A stretch of DNA of 64,000 bases, taken from Actinomycetes bacterium (GTDB taxonomy: Bacteria > Actinomycetota > Actinomycetes > S36-B12). Below, piece by piece: positions 8,936 through 16,422 of this stretch. A model generated the notes under the pieces. The model was given only the letters and a program-made list of their open reading frames with translations, ran no database searches and was not told where the DNA came from. The stretch covers positions 39,159 through 103,158 of the forward strand of contig OZ257127.1 in assembly GCA_965278965.1 (NCBI GenBank), written 5' to 3'. The position numbers and the translations under genes were made by a program. Each line of letters begins with the position of its first letter. Positions within the stretch are counted from its first letter, which is position 1.

Positions 8936-9040
8936 GGCTTACCGTTCCTTGGGTTAACCCAGGGGATATATCGGGACATGGGTCCGGGGTTTCCTTCTGA
9001 TTTCCCTGTTTGCGCATCGATGGCCCACCCCCATATGTGG
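8936..9040. other. Candidate cos/packaging site
   Basis: A/T-richer gap between HNH and TerS-like genes; palindromes tgggttaaccca (8950-8961) and gatatatc (8965-8972). Confidence 0.4.
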
Positions 9041-9346
9041 TCACCAGCCAGGCACGAAGCGAGGAGCGCCACGTCTCACCCCCGATCTCGGGTGCCGTGT
9101 GCGCTTGCGTGCTGACCGCCCGTAGTTGCCGGGGCAGCCGAGGTCGGGGTGCTTCCTGCCGTGCGCCGGCCGCCAGTTGGATGCATCCCAGGTGAGCTCA
9201 GGTGCGACGCTGCGTGGCACGACGTGGTCAACGGAGTAGTCCCAGTCAGGGATCTCGTGCCCACACAGCCAGCAGATGTAGCCGAGGTTGAGCTTGCACC
9301 ACGTGACGGCTTGCTGGGCTCTGCGCCCAGACCACGCCGCGGTCAT
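9041..9346 (-). CDS. HNH endonuclease (terminase-associated type)
   Basis: CWLCG, SVDHVVPRS, N-W-R-P-A-H...C..N. Confidence 0.88.
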   Translation of the reverse strand: MTAAWSGRRAQQAVTWCKLNLGYICWLCGHEIPDWDYSVDHVVPRSVAPELTWDASNWRPAHGRKHPDLGCPGNYGRSARKRTRHPRSGVRRGAPRFVPGW

Positions 9347-9438
9347 CGGTCAGCCTCCGAACAGCCGGGTCGGTGTTCGATCGATCGCTCGGGGTACTGA
9401 ACGGCGCCGCACTCGGGGCAGCGAGGCCACGTCGTCAT
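9343..9438 (-). CDS. Small Cys-containing peptide (31 aa)
   Basis: MTTWPRCPECG...HRPGC; ATGA-coupled on both sides, GGAGG upstream. Confidence 0.5.
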   Translation of the reverse strand: MTTWPRCPECGAVQYPERSIEHRPGCSEADR

Positions 9439-10004
9439 GACGCCTCCACGTGCACGCGTCGGTTCTGCTCGGGGAGCTGGCAGCAGCCGGGCGTGAACGG
9501 GTGTGCGGCGAGCGGGAGAGGATGATCTTCTGAGCCCGTCGGGGCGGAGCCACCCGACGTGGCGCCCGGTATGGCCTTGGTAAGGCCTTGGTGGGTTGCA
9601 GCGGGCCGCCACCGTTGCTGTCGAATATTGCCGCCGTTAGCGTCGGATATTGCCGCCGTTGACCCTGTGACACCGGCACTCTGCTGCCGCCGTTGATCCC
9701 CTGACACCGGCACTGGAGTGCCACCGTCGGGGATCGTGAGTCGGTACGTCCGAGCTCGGCCGGGTGCCGTTGGGATGCCGTCCCACTCGATCAGCCCGGC
9801 GACCCTCAGTGCGTTCACCATGGCTCGGGTCTGACGGTCAGCAAGGCCCGCCATGTGGGCCATGCGCGCGGTGCCGGCACGCATGTTCTCGCCGGTCGCA
9901 TAGTCGGCGTGCGTCGACATCACGAGCGCCACGGCCTTGGCCGAGCTCGGGACGTCTGTCCGAGCGACGGCCTCGAGCCAGTCGAGTACGAATGTCCGCG
10001 GCAC
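9435..10004 (-). CDS. Putative replication initiator (N-terminal winged HTH)
   Basis: AKAVALVMSTHAD...RMAHMAGLADRQTRAMVNALRVAGLI...RTYRL; internal DNA repeats as in lambda-O-like initiators. Confidence 0.65.
   Translation of the reverse strand: MPRTFVLDWLEAVARTDVPSSAKAVALVMSTHADYATGENMRAGTARMAHMAGLADRQTRAMVNALRVAGLIEWDGIPTAPGRARTYRLTIPDGGTPVPVSGDQRRQQSAGVTGSTAAISDANGGNIRQQRWRPAATHQGLTKAIPGATSGGSAPTGSEDHPLPLAAHPFTPGCCQLPEQNRRVHVEAS
9607..9728. repeat. Iteron-like array inside the rep gene
   Basis: (t)gcc(g/a)ccgt(t) at 9607, 9629, 9651, 9685, 9719 (spacing 22, 22, 34, 34). Confidence 0.65.
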
Positions 10005-10007
10005 ACG

Positions 10008-10250
10008 TCACCGCCCCCGACGGAATCGGAGGGCGCGACTCATCTCGTCCCTGAGCCGCTTAGCCCGCCCCGGGTGCTCGGACCGGCCACGCCAGATCGC
10101 ATTCAGGTGGTACCGCGGGTAGTCGGGGAACTGACGTCGGATCTCCGCGACGTCGAGCTCGGACTTGGCCGCGTAGACGCCGGGCGGAACCATCGCCGGC
10201 TCGTGCTCGCACGCGAGTGCGTCAACACAGTCGGCGGCCAGGCCGCCCAC
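10008..10250 (-). CDS. Hypothetical protein
   Basis: 80-aa ORF filling the gap between the HTH and rep genes. Confidence 0.5.
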   Translation of the reverse strand: MGGLAADCVDALACEHEPAMVPPGVYAAKSELDVAEIRRQFPDYPRYHLNAIWRGRSEHPGRAKRLRDEMSRALRFRRGR

Positions 10251-10251
10251 G

Positions 10252-10458
10252 TCACCCAGCCTTCGGGGGAGTGATGCCGTTCGACTGAGAGATCCACGCG
10301 GCGACGGTGCCGCGTGAGTAGCGGACGGCCTGGCCGATCTTCACGCCGCGTGGTCCGACGCCACGCTTACGCCAGTCCCGAACGGTTTCCGGGCTGACCT
10401 TGAGCTCGGCGGCGAGCTCGACGGTGGTTAGCCATTCATCGTTGGTGGTCACGGACAC
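10252..10458 (-). CDS. AlpA/excisionase-like HTH regulator
   Basis: WLTTVELAAELKVSPETVRDWRKRGVGPRGVKIGQAVRY; AGGGAGG RBS before GTG 10458. Confidence 0.88.
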   Translation of the reverse strand: MSVTTNDEWLTTVELAAELKVSPETVRDWRKRGVGPRGVKIGQAVRYSRGTVAAWISQSNGITPPKAG

Positions 10459-10570
10459 TGCCGCCTCCCTGTGTTCACGGGCGCATCTATTGCGCTCCCC
10501 ACAGAATCCCCGTACGGTGCCGCAGTAGCAAGAAATCAATACCCCGTCTAAACCCCCAATCGAAAGGGAT

Positions 10571-11383
10571 TTGATGCCTGAGCCGAAGGTCAGGTGGGAA
10601 GCCAAGTTCCCGGAGGTCGTCGGGCCGGCCGTTCGAGTCCAGGTCGTGGCCGAGTTCCCGGATGAGGCGGGCGCAAACTTCGAAATGGATCAGCCGATAC
10701 CCGCGCTGGAGCTAGCGATGTGGAGCGTGGATCAGTCGGGAACGGCTGGACTTACCCTTCACGACGACCCAGCCGGACCGGCGACGCATCGCGTGATGGT
10801 CGAGTGGAAGGGAGTCAGCTCCGGCATCGCGTTCACGAGCGTCACCCTGGTTACCGAACCCGCAGGCGAGCCGATCGACGGCGCCACACTTGGCGAGGTC
10901 GCTGCGAAGTTCGAGCAGTGGTCCGCTGCCCTGCAATCGAAGATCCTCGTCGAGGTTGCGACGCAAAGGCAGAGCTTCTCGATCTCGTTTCCTCACTTCT
11001 CGATCTCGATCGAGAAGGGTGCGGCGACTCTCACGATGGGCGATCGAGTCGCGCACGGTCGCGGCACGCTCCGGTTTGTCGTCGAAGAATCGACGCTCGC
11101 TGGAATGGAGGTCGAGCTCGCCCGACGACAGCGCCTCCAGCTCACCGACGACGACTATCGCGAGGTTGCCAGGGTGTACGCCGATGCCGTGGAGCGTGGC
11201 GCGCCGGTCCTGGCAACGGTTGGTCGAATGTTTGGGGGCGCGAACACCGGCAGCAAGGCGCAGGCGGCGAACCGCAAGCGAGCTGAGCGCTGGATCGCCG
11301 AAGCGAGGTCCCGCGGCTATATCGCCAAGCGCGCACCTGGGCGTCCTGCGAAGAAGCCACCGTCGGCAAAGGAGGTTCGATGA
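10571..11383 (+). CDS. Putative repressor/regulator with C-terminal HTH (DUF6214-like)
   Basis: LTDDDYREVARVYADA...AERWIAEARSRGYI; divergent from the AlpA-like gene, coupled to the integrase. Confidence 0.65.
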   Translation: MMPEPKVRWEAKFPEVVGPAVRVQVVAEFPDEAGANFEMDQPIPALELAMWSVDQSGTAGLTLHDDPAGPATHRVMVEWKGVSSGIAFTSVTLVTEPAGEPIDGATLGEVAAKFEQWSAALQSKILVEVATQRQSFSISFPHFSISIEKGAATLTMGDRVAHGRGTLRFVVEESTLAGMEVELARRQRLQLTDDDYREVARVYADAVERGAPVLATVGRMFGGANTGSKAQAANRKRAERWIAEARSRGYIAKRAPGRPAKKPPSAKEVR

Positions 11384-12540
11384 CCGTCACCGACCGCTGG
11401 CACAGCAGCACGGGGGAGCAGTCCACGGAGTACGGACGCGGCCGACGGTGGCTCGTGCGCTACCGGGATCCGCAGGGCAAGCAGCGCTCGCGTTCGTTCG
11501 ATCGCAAGGCGCAGGCGGACGCCTATGACCTACGGGTGCGCGGCCAGGTCGTCGAGAGCACGTACGTCGACCCGTCCGCCGGCAAGGTCACGTTCGGGGA
11601 GTACGCGCAGGCGTGGCTCGCGTTGCAGACGCACTGGCGGCCGTCGACCCGTCGCAGCCAAGAGCAGATGGTGAAGCTCCGGATGGTTCCGCACATCGGC
11701 ATGACGCCGCTGCGGGTGCTGAACCGCTCGCAGGTGCAGGCGATGGTGAACGCCTGGCGGACCGACTACGCCGCGGCCACGGTCACCACGACGTTCTCGT
11801 GCCTGCGGACGATCCTCGCGTCGGCGATCGACGACAAGGTGATCGCGACCGACCCGTCGACCAAGATCAAGGTCCCGACGCCGCCGCGTCGTCGTGACGT
11901 CCACCTGAGCCACGAGCAGGTGGCGACGATCCTCGGAACCGCCAAGCCCGAGCTGCGACCGTTCTTCGCGTCGCTGGCGTGGTGTGGGCTGCGGCTGGGG
12001 GAGTCGCTGGGGCTCGACGTCGCGGACGTCGACTTCCTGACCGCGACGCTGACCGTGCGCCGGCAGATGGACACCGAGGACCCGGCGGGTCGGATCGTGC
12101 CGTTCACCAAGACCGACGCGGGTCGACGCGAGGTTCCGGTGCCGCCTGAGCTCACCGCGATGTGCTCGGCGTTCCTGGCCGCTCGACGCCGCGCGGACGG
12201 ATCGCTCGAGGGCACGCACCTGTGGCAGGCGCCGAGCGGCGCCCGGCTACTGCGGACGGTCGTCGACACCGAAGTCCGCCGGATTGAACGGCGCACGGGC
12301 ATCACGTTCTCGCCCCACCACCTGCGGCACTACTACGGGGCCAGCCTGATCTCGGCTGGCGTGCCCGTTCCGCAGGTCGCCAAGCAGATGGGCCACGCCA
12401 GCCCACAGGTGACCATGCGCGTGTACGCCTACGCGATGAAGGACGACGCCGACAAGGGTCGCGCAGCCGTCGCAGCGCTCGCCGGCCTCTCTGCGCCATG
12501 TGCACCGGATGTGCACCGGACCGTGGCGGTGAGCAAATGA
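11380..12540 (+). CDS. Tyrosine recombinase / phage integrase
   Basis: Catalytic GLRLGE (R), TKT (K), HHLRH (HxxR), MGH, VYAY (Y); N-terminal WLVRYRDPQGKQRSRSF arm-binding domain. Confidence 0.96.
   Translation: MTVTDRWHSSTGEQSTEYGRGRRWLVRYRDPQGKQRSRSFDRKAQADAYDLRVRGQVVESTYVDPSAGKVTFGEYAQAWLALQTHWRPSTRRSQEQMVKLRMVPHIGMTPLRVLNRSQVQAMVNAWRTDYAAATVTTTFSCLRTILASAIDDKVIATDPSTKIKVPTPPRRRDVHLSHEQVATILGTAKPELRPFFASLAWCGLRLGESLGLDVADVDFLTATLTVRRQMDTEDPAGRIVPFTKTDAGRREVPVPPELTAMCSAFLAARRRADGSLEGTHLWQAPSGARLLRTVVDTEVRRIERRTGITFSPHHLRHYYGASLISAGVPVPQVAKQMGHASPQVTMRVYAYAMKDDADKGRAAVAALAGLSAPCAPDVHRTVAVSK
12499..12519 (+). repeat. Candidate integrase arm-type site (tandem TGTGCACC)
   Basis: tgtgcaccggatgtgcaccgg, matches 2879-2899. 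Confidence 0.7.
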
Positions 12541-12575
12541 CACGGGTGTCTGCCCTGGTCAGGCGGCACATTGGT

Positions 12576-12603
12576 GCTGCGTGCCCCGGGTGGGATTCGA
12601 ACC
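12576..12603. repeat. att core, right copy (within the intact tRNA)
   Basis: Identical to 2747-2774. Confidence 0.93.
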
Positions 12604-12655
12604 CACACTGGACGGTGTTTGAGACCGCTTCCTCTGCCGGTTGGGATACCGGGGC
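12582..12655 (-). tRNA. tRNA-Leu(CAA), short variable arm, CCA not encoded
   Basis: Acceptor GCCCCGG/CCGGGGC-A; anticodon arm GCGGT-CT-CAA-AC-ACCGT; T loop GGTTCGAATCC. Confidence 0.93.
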
Positions 12656-12708
12656 GCGGTCAACCAGAGTAGTCGGGCCGCCGCCGCGGCGCCCGTAGGC
12701 TGACCGGC

Positions 12709-13329
12709 ATGAGCGCCGCGCGGTCCACGGCCCCCGGGGTCGACCCCGTTCCGGTCACCGTGCTGGTCGCCGAGGATGAGGCCCTCATCCGGATGGATCT
12801 CGTGGAGCTGTTGGGGGAGTGCGGGTACGAGGTCGTCGCCCAGGTCGGCGACGGCCAGGCCGCGGTCGAGCAGGCGCGGGCGTTGCGCCCCGACGTCGTG
12901 CTCATGGATGTGGCGATGCCGCGCCGTGATGGCCTGTCCGCTGCGGAGGAGATCCTCGCGGAGCAGATTGCCCCGGTCGTCATGGTCACCGCCTTCGCCC
13001 AGCGCGACACGGTGGAGCGAGCGACCAGCGCCGGCGTGCTCGGCTACCTCGTCAAGCCGTTCGGCAAGGCCGACATCACGCCGGCGATCGAGGTCGCCGT
13101 CGCCCGGTGGCGCCAGCTCGTTCTCCTCACGGAGCAGGCCGCGAGTCTGCGCGAGCGCCAGGCCGCGCGTGAGGTGGTCGACCGGGCCAAGCGGATGCTG
13201 GAGCAGCGCCTCGGGCTGACCGAGCCCGACGCGTTCTCGTGGCTGCGTCGGGCCGCCATGGACGGTCGGATCACGCTGGCCGAAGCCGCCGCGGCCGCGC
13301 TCGCCGATCCGCCCCAGGCCCCGGGTTAG
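12709..13329 (+). CDS. pdtaR: ANTAR-domain response regulator (PdtaR/Rv1626-like)
   Basis: Receiver AEDEALIRMDL, DVAMP, YLVKPF; ANTAR VDRAKRML...AFSWLRRAAMD. Confidence 0.85.
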   Translation: MSAARSTAPGVDPVPVTVLVAEDEALIRMDLVELLGECGYEVVAQVGDGQAAVEQARALRPDVVLMDVAMPRRDGLSAAEEILAEQIAPVVMVTAFAQRDTVERATSAGVLGYLVKPFGKADITPAIEVAVARWRQLVLLTEQAASLRERQAAREVVDRAKRMLEQRLGLTEPDAFSWLRRAAMDGRITLAEAAAAALADPPQAPG

Positions 13330-13370
13330 AGTGGCCAGAACCCCGCCCGCGACCCACCATCGGAGCGCTC

Positions 13371-14762
13371 ATGCCACGCGCGCACGCGCTACGGGCAGTC
13401 TCGGCGCTCGTCGCGGTGGCCGCCCTCGCGCTCGCTGCATGCTCGTCACCGGGCGCCTCGCCTGATCCCAGCCGCGGCGTCCCGCAGCTGACGGACCCAG
13501 CGGCGACCGCCTCGTCGGCGCCCATGCCCAGCGCAGTCCCGACCGCGTCCCTCACGCCGAACGTCCCCCTCTACCTCGTCGACGTGAACACCACTGACGA
13601 GCTGGGCGCCGAGCTTCCGCTCGGCATCCTCACCGGCGTCAAGGGGACGATCCCGGGCGGCGAGGTGCCGGCGCCGTTCCGCGACGCCCTGGCCCAGGTG
13701 GACCCCACGCTCACGTCAGACGCCTACGCGGCCGAGGCGTACGACGCCACGATCCTCGCTGCACTCGGCGCCGCAGCCTCGTCCTCGGACGCCGGCCGCG
13801 ACATCGCGGCCGAGCTCGCCCCGCTGACGAACGGCGACACGGTCTGCACCGACTTCGCCGAGTGCCGTGACCTGGTCGCGGGCGGGACGTCGATCGCCTA
13901 CCAGGGCCGGGCCGGCGCTCTGCGCCTCTCGGCGTCGGGTGAACCGACGCAGTCGACCGTCGGGGTCTACACGTTCGGCTCGGACAACCGGCTCCTCGCC
14001 GACGTCGACTACGCCGATGTCCAGATCCAGCCCGGCAAGGTCGCCGCTCCGCGCGAGGCGAAGGTCCAGGCCGGCGCGGGCGACAAGGTCCTGACGATCG
14101 GCACGCTGCTGGCCGCAGGCGGGAGCCTGTCGTTCATGCGACCCGCTCAGCTCGCCGGCGTCCAACTGGCCGTCCGTGACATCCAGGCCGCCGGCGGGCT
14201 CCCCGGGTTCGACCGCATCGCGGTCATCGACGCCGATGCCGGCGACGGCACCGTGGAGGACGCGTCGATCGGCATGGATGAGCTGATCGCCAGCAAGGCC
14301 GACGTCGTCATCGGGACCGGGGCGATGACGTCGACCGGGGGCGTCGTTCCGCAGGCGGTCAAGGCCGGGATCCTCCTCCTGGCTCCCGTGAACGGGGCGC
14401 TCACACCGATCACCAACGCCTACGACGGTCTGTACTGGCGGATGTCGCCTTCCGGGCTGGCCCAGGGGGCCTTCCTCGGGTCGCTCGTGGTCGAGGACGG
14501 CCACACGCGCGTCGCCGTGATCCACTCGGACGACGAGTACGCCTCCAGCCTGGCCCAGGTCGTCGCTTCGTCGGTACCGCAGTCCGGCGGGACCGTCGTG
14601 GCGAACGCCGACTATGACCCGGCCGCCGTCGACTTCGCCGGAGTGGTCGCCAAGGTCAAGAAGGCCAAGCCGGACGCCGTCGTGCTGATCGGCTTCGACG
14701 AGTCGGCGAAGGTCATCTCCGAGCTCGTCCGGCAGGGAATCGGGCCGAACTCGGCCCGATGA
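13371..14762 (+). CDS. Circularly permuted LivK-type ABC substrate-binding lipoprotein
   Basis: LAAC lipobox; the C-terminal half of the canonical fold precedes the N-terminal half relative to 14916-16265. Confidence 0.85.
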   Translation: MPRAHALRAVSALVAVAALALAACSSPGASPDPSRGVPQLTDPAATASSAPMPSAVPTASLTPNVPLYLVDVNTTDELGAELPLGILTGVKGTIPGGEVPAPFRDALAQVDPTLTSDAYAAEAYDATILAALGAAASSSDAGRDIAAELAPLTNGDTVCTDFAECRDLVAGGTSIAYQGRAGALRLSASGEPTQSTVGVYTFGSDNRLLADVDYADVQIQPGKVAAPREAKVQAGAGDKVLTIGTLLAAGGSLSFMRPAQLAGVQLAVRDIQAAGGLPGFDRIAVIDADAGDGTVEDASIGMDELIASKADVVIGTGAMTSTGGVVPQAVKAGILLLAPVNGALTPITNAYDGLYWRMSPSGLAQGAFLGSLVVEDGHTRVAVIHSDDEYASSLAQVVASSVPQSGGTVVANADYDPAAVDFAGVVAKVKKAKPDAVVLIGFDESAKVISELVRQGIGPNSAR

Positions 14763-14915
14763 GGGCCTGCGGGGGACGCGCTGCGCCGCAAGGTCACAGG
14801 TTGGTCACGAACCGCCAACGAAGTCGCTGCGGGTTACCTGTGCGTAACGAAGGGTCGCATAGGCTCCGGCCATTGCGACGGCACCCGTCGTCGCGTCCTT
14901 TCAAGAGGAGACTGC

Positions 14916-16265
14916 ATGAATCGCACCACGGTCCTTAAGACGGCCGCCGTGCTCAGCGTCGCCTCCCTGGCTCTAGCTGCGTGTTCCAGCAGCTCGTCCA
15001 GCGAGTCGACCACCGCCGCTGCAACCAGCGCCGCCGCTTCCGCGGAGGCAACTGCTGCTGCATCGGCATCTGCTGAGGCCACGGCCGCCGCATCGGAGGC
15101 GTGCACCGCGACCGCCCTCAAGCTCGGCACTCTGCTGCCGCAGACGGGCGACCTCGCCTTCCTCGGCCCACCGGAGTTCGCCGGCGTGAAGCTGGCTGTC
15201 GATGAGATCAACGCGGCTGGTGGCGTCAACGGCGCCCCCGTCGAGGAGATCATCGGCGACTCGGGTGACACCACGACCGACATCGCGTCGCAGACGGTGG
15301 ACTCGCAGCTCTCGCAGGGCGTGAGCGCCATCATCGGCGCGGCGTCGTCGGGCGTGTCGCTCACCGTCATCGACAAGATCACGTCGAACGGCGTGATCCA
15401 GATGTCGCCGGCCAACACCTCGCCCGCGCTGACGACCTACCCGGACAACGGCCTGTACTGGCGTGTCGCTCCGTCCGACGCCCTCCAGGGCGCGGTCATC
15501 GCGGACAACGCCATCAACGCCGGCCTGACCAAGATGGCCGTCGTCGCCCGCCAGGACGCGTACGGCGAGGGCCTCGAGGATGCGTTCGCGAAGAACTTCA
15601 CGGACGCCGGTGGAACGGTCACGAGCCAGCTGCTCTACGACCCCGCCGCAACCTCGTTCGAGGCTGAGGTCTCGGAGATCAAGGCCGGCAGCCCGGAGGG
15701 TGTCGTCGTCATCGGCTTCGACGAGACGACCAAGCTCCTCCAGGAGATGATCAAGCAGGGCGTCGGCCCGCAGGACGTCCAGATCTACCTGGTCGACGGC
15801 AACCTGTCGGCGACCGCGTACAAGGACTTCCCGAAGGGCACCATGAAGGGCGTCCTCGGCACGGTCCCGTCGGGCAACAACGACCTGACCGCGTTCAACG
15901 AGTCGCTGAAGACCGTGGACCCGTCGCTGACGGACTACACCTACGGCGCTCAGTCGTACGACGCGGCGATGGTTCTCGCACTTGCGGCTGAGGCTGCCAA
16001 GTGCGCCGACGGCACGGCCATCGCGGCCATGCTGCCGGAGGTCGCCAACACCGGCGGCGAGAAGTGCACGACGTTCGCCGACTGTGTCGCCCTGCTGCAG
16101 GCCGGCACGAAGATCGACTTCGACGGCGTCACCGGCCCGCTGGACTTCAACGAGTTCGGCGATCCGAAGGAGGCCACCATCTCGGTCAACAAGTACGACG
16201 ACAACGAGAAGTGGACCGAGGTCGACAAGGTGACGGCCGAGGTGCCGCTGCCCGACGCCAGCTGA
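14916..16265 (+). CDS. Branched-chain amino acid ABC transporter substrate-binding lipoprotein (LivK-like)
   Basis: LAAC lipobox, LKLGTLLPQTG, AVDEINAAGGVNG, YWRVAPSDALQG. Confidence 0.93.
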   Translation: MNRTTVLKTAAVLSVASLALAACSSSSSSESTTAAATSAAASAEATAAASASAEATAAASEACTATALKLGTLLPQTGDLAFLGPPEFAGVKLAVDEINAAGGVNGAPVEEIIGDSGDTTTDIASQTVDSQLSQGVSAIIGAASSGVSLTVIDKITSNGVIQMSPANTSPALTTYPDNGLYWRVAPSDALQGAVIADNAINAGLTKMAVVARQDAYGEGLEDAFAKNFTDAGGTVTSQLLYDPAATSFEAEVSEIKAGSPEGVVVIGFDETTKLLQEMIKQGVGPQDVQIYLVDGNLSATAYKDFPKGTMKGVLGTVPSGNNDLTAFNESLKTVDPSLTDYTYGAQSYDAAMVLALAAEAAKCADGTAIAAMLPEVANTGGEKCTTFADCVALLQAGTKIDFDGVTGPLDFNEFGDPKEATISVNKYDDNEKWTEVDKVTAEVPLPDAS

Positions 16266-16284
16266 GCACGACCCGCACATAGCG

Positions 16285-16318
16285 CGAAGGCCCCCAGCCA
16301 CACGGCTGGGGGCCTTCG
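16285..16318 (+). terminator. Intrinsic terminator-like hairpin
   Basis: cgaaggcccccagcc-acac-ggctgggggccttcg 15-bp stem after the stop codon. Confidence 0.75.
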
Positions 16319-16348
16319 TGTGTCCGGGACCAGGCGCCCCCCAACCTC

Positions 16349-16407
16349 GCCACCTTGCCGTTTCAGGCCGCATCTCGGCGATATGCGGCCTGAAACGGCA
16401 AGGTGGC
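16349..16407. repeat. 25-bp perfect inverted repeat (REP-like hairpin A)
   Basis: gccaccttgccgtttcaggccgcat / atgcggcctgaaacggcaaggtggc. Confidence 0.9.
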
Positions 16408-16422
16408 TAAGTAGGCGAGCGC

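Larger units (their letters stand above)
2747..12603. mobile_element. Integrated phage satellite / phiRv-like element (about 9.86 kb) in tRNA-Leu(CAA)
   Basis: 28-bp att repeats; tyrosine integrase next to the intact tRNA; HTH, rep, HNH, TerS-like, HK97 capsid and protease genes; no portal, TerL, tail or lysis genes recognised. Confidence 0.9.

Noticed and set aside
2747-12603. Complete prophage or canonical cf-PICI
   Set aside because: Under 10 kb, with no recognisable portal, large terminase, head-tail connector, tail or lysis genes.
14985-15100. Short repeats in the binding-protein gene
   Set aside because: They encode an ordinary Ala/Ser/Thr lipoprotein linker.
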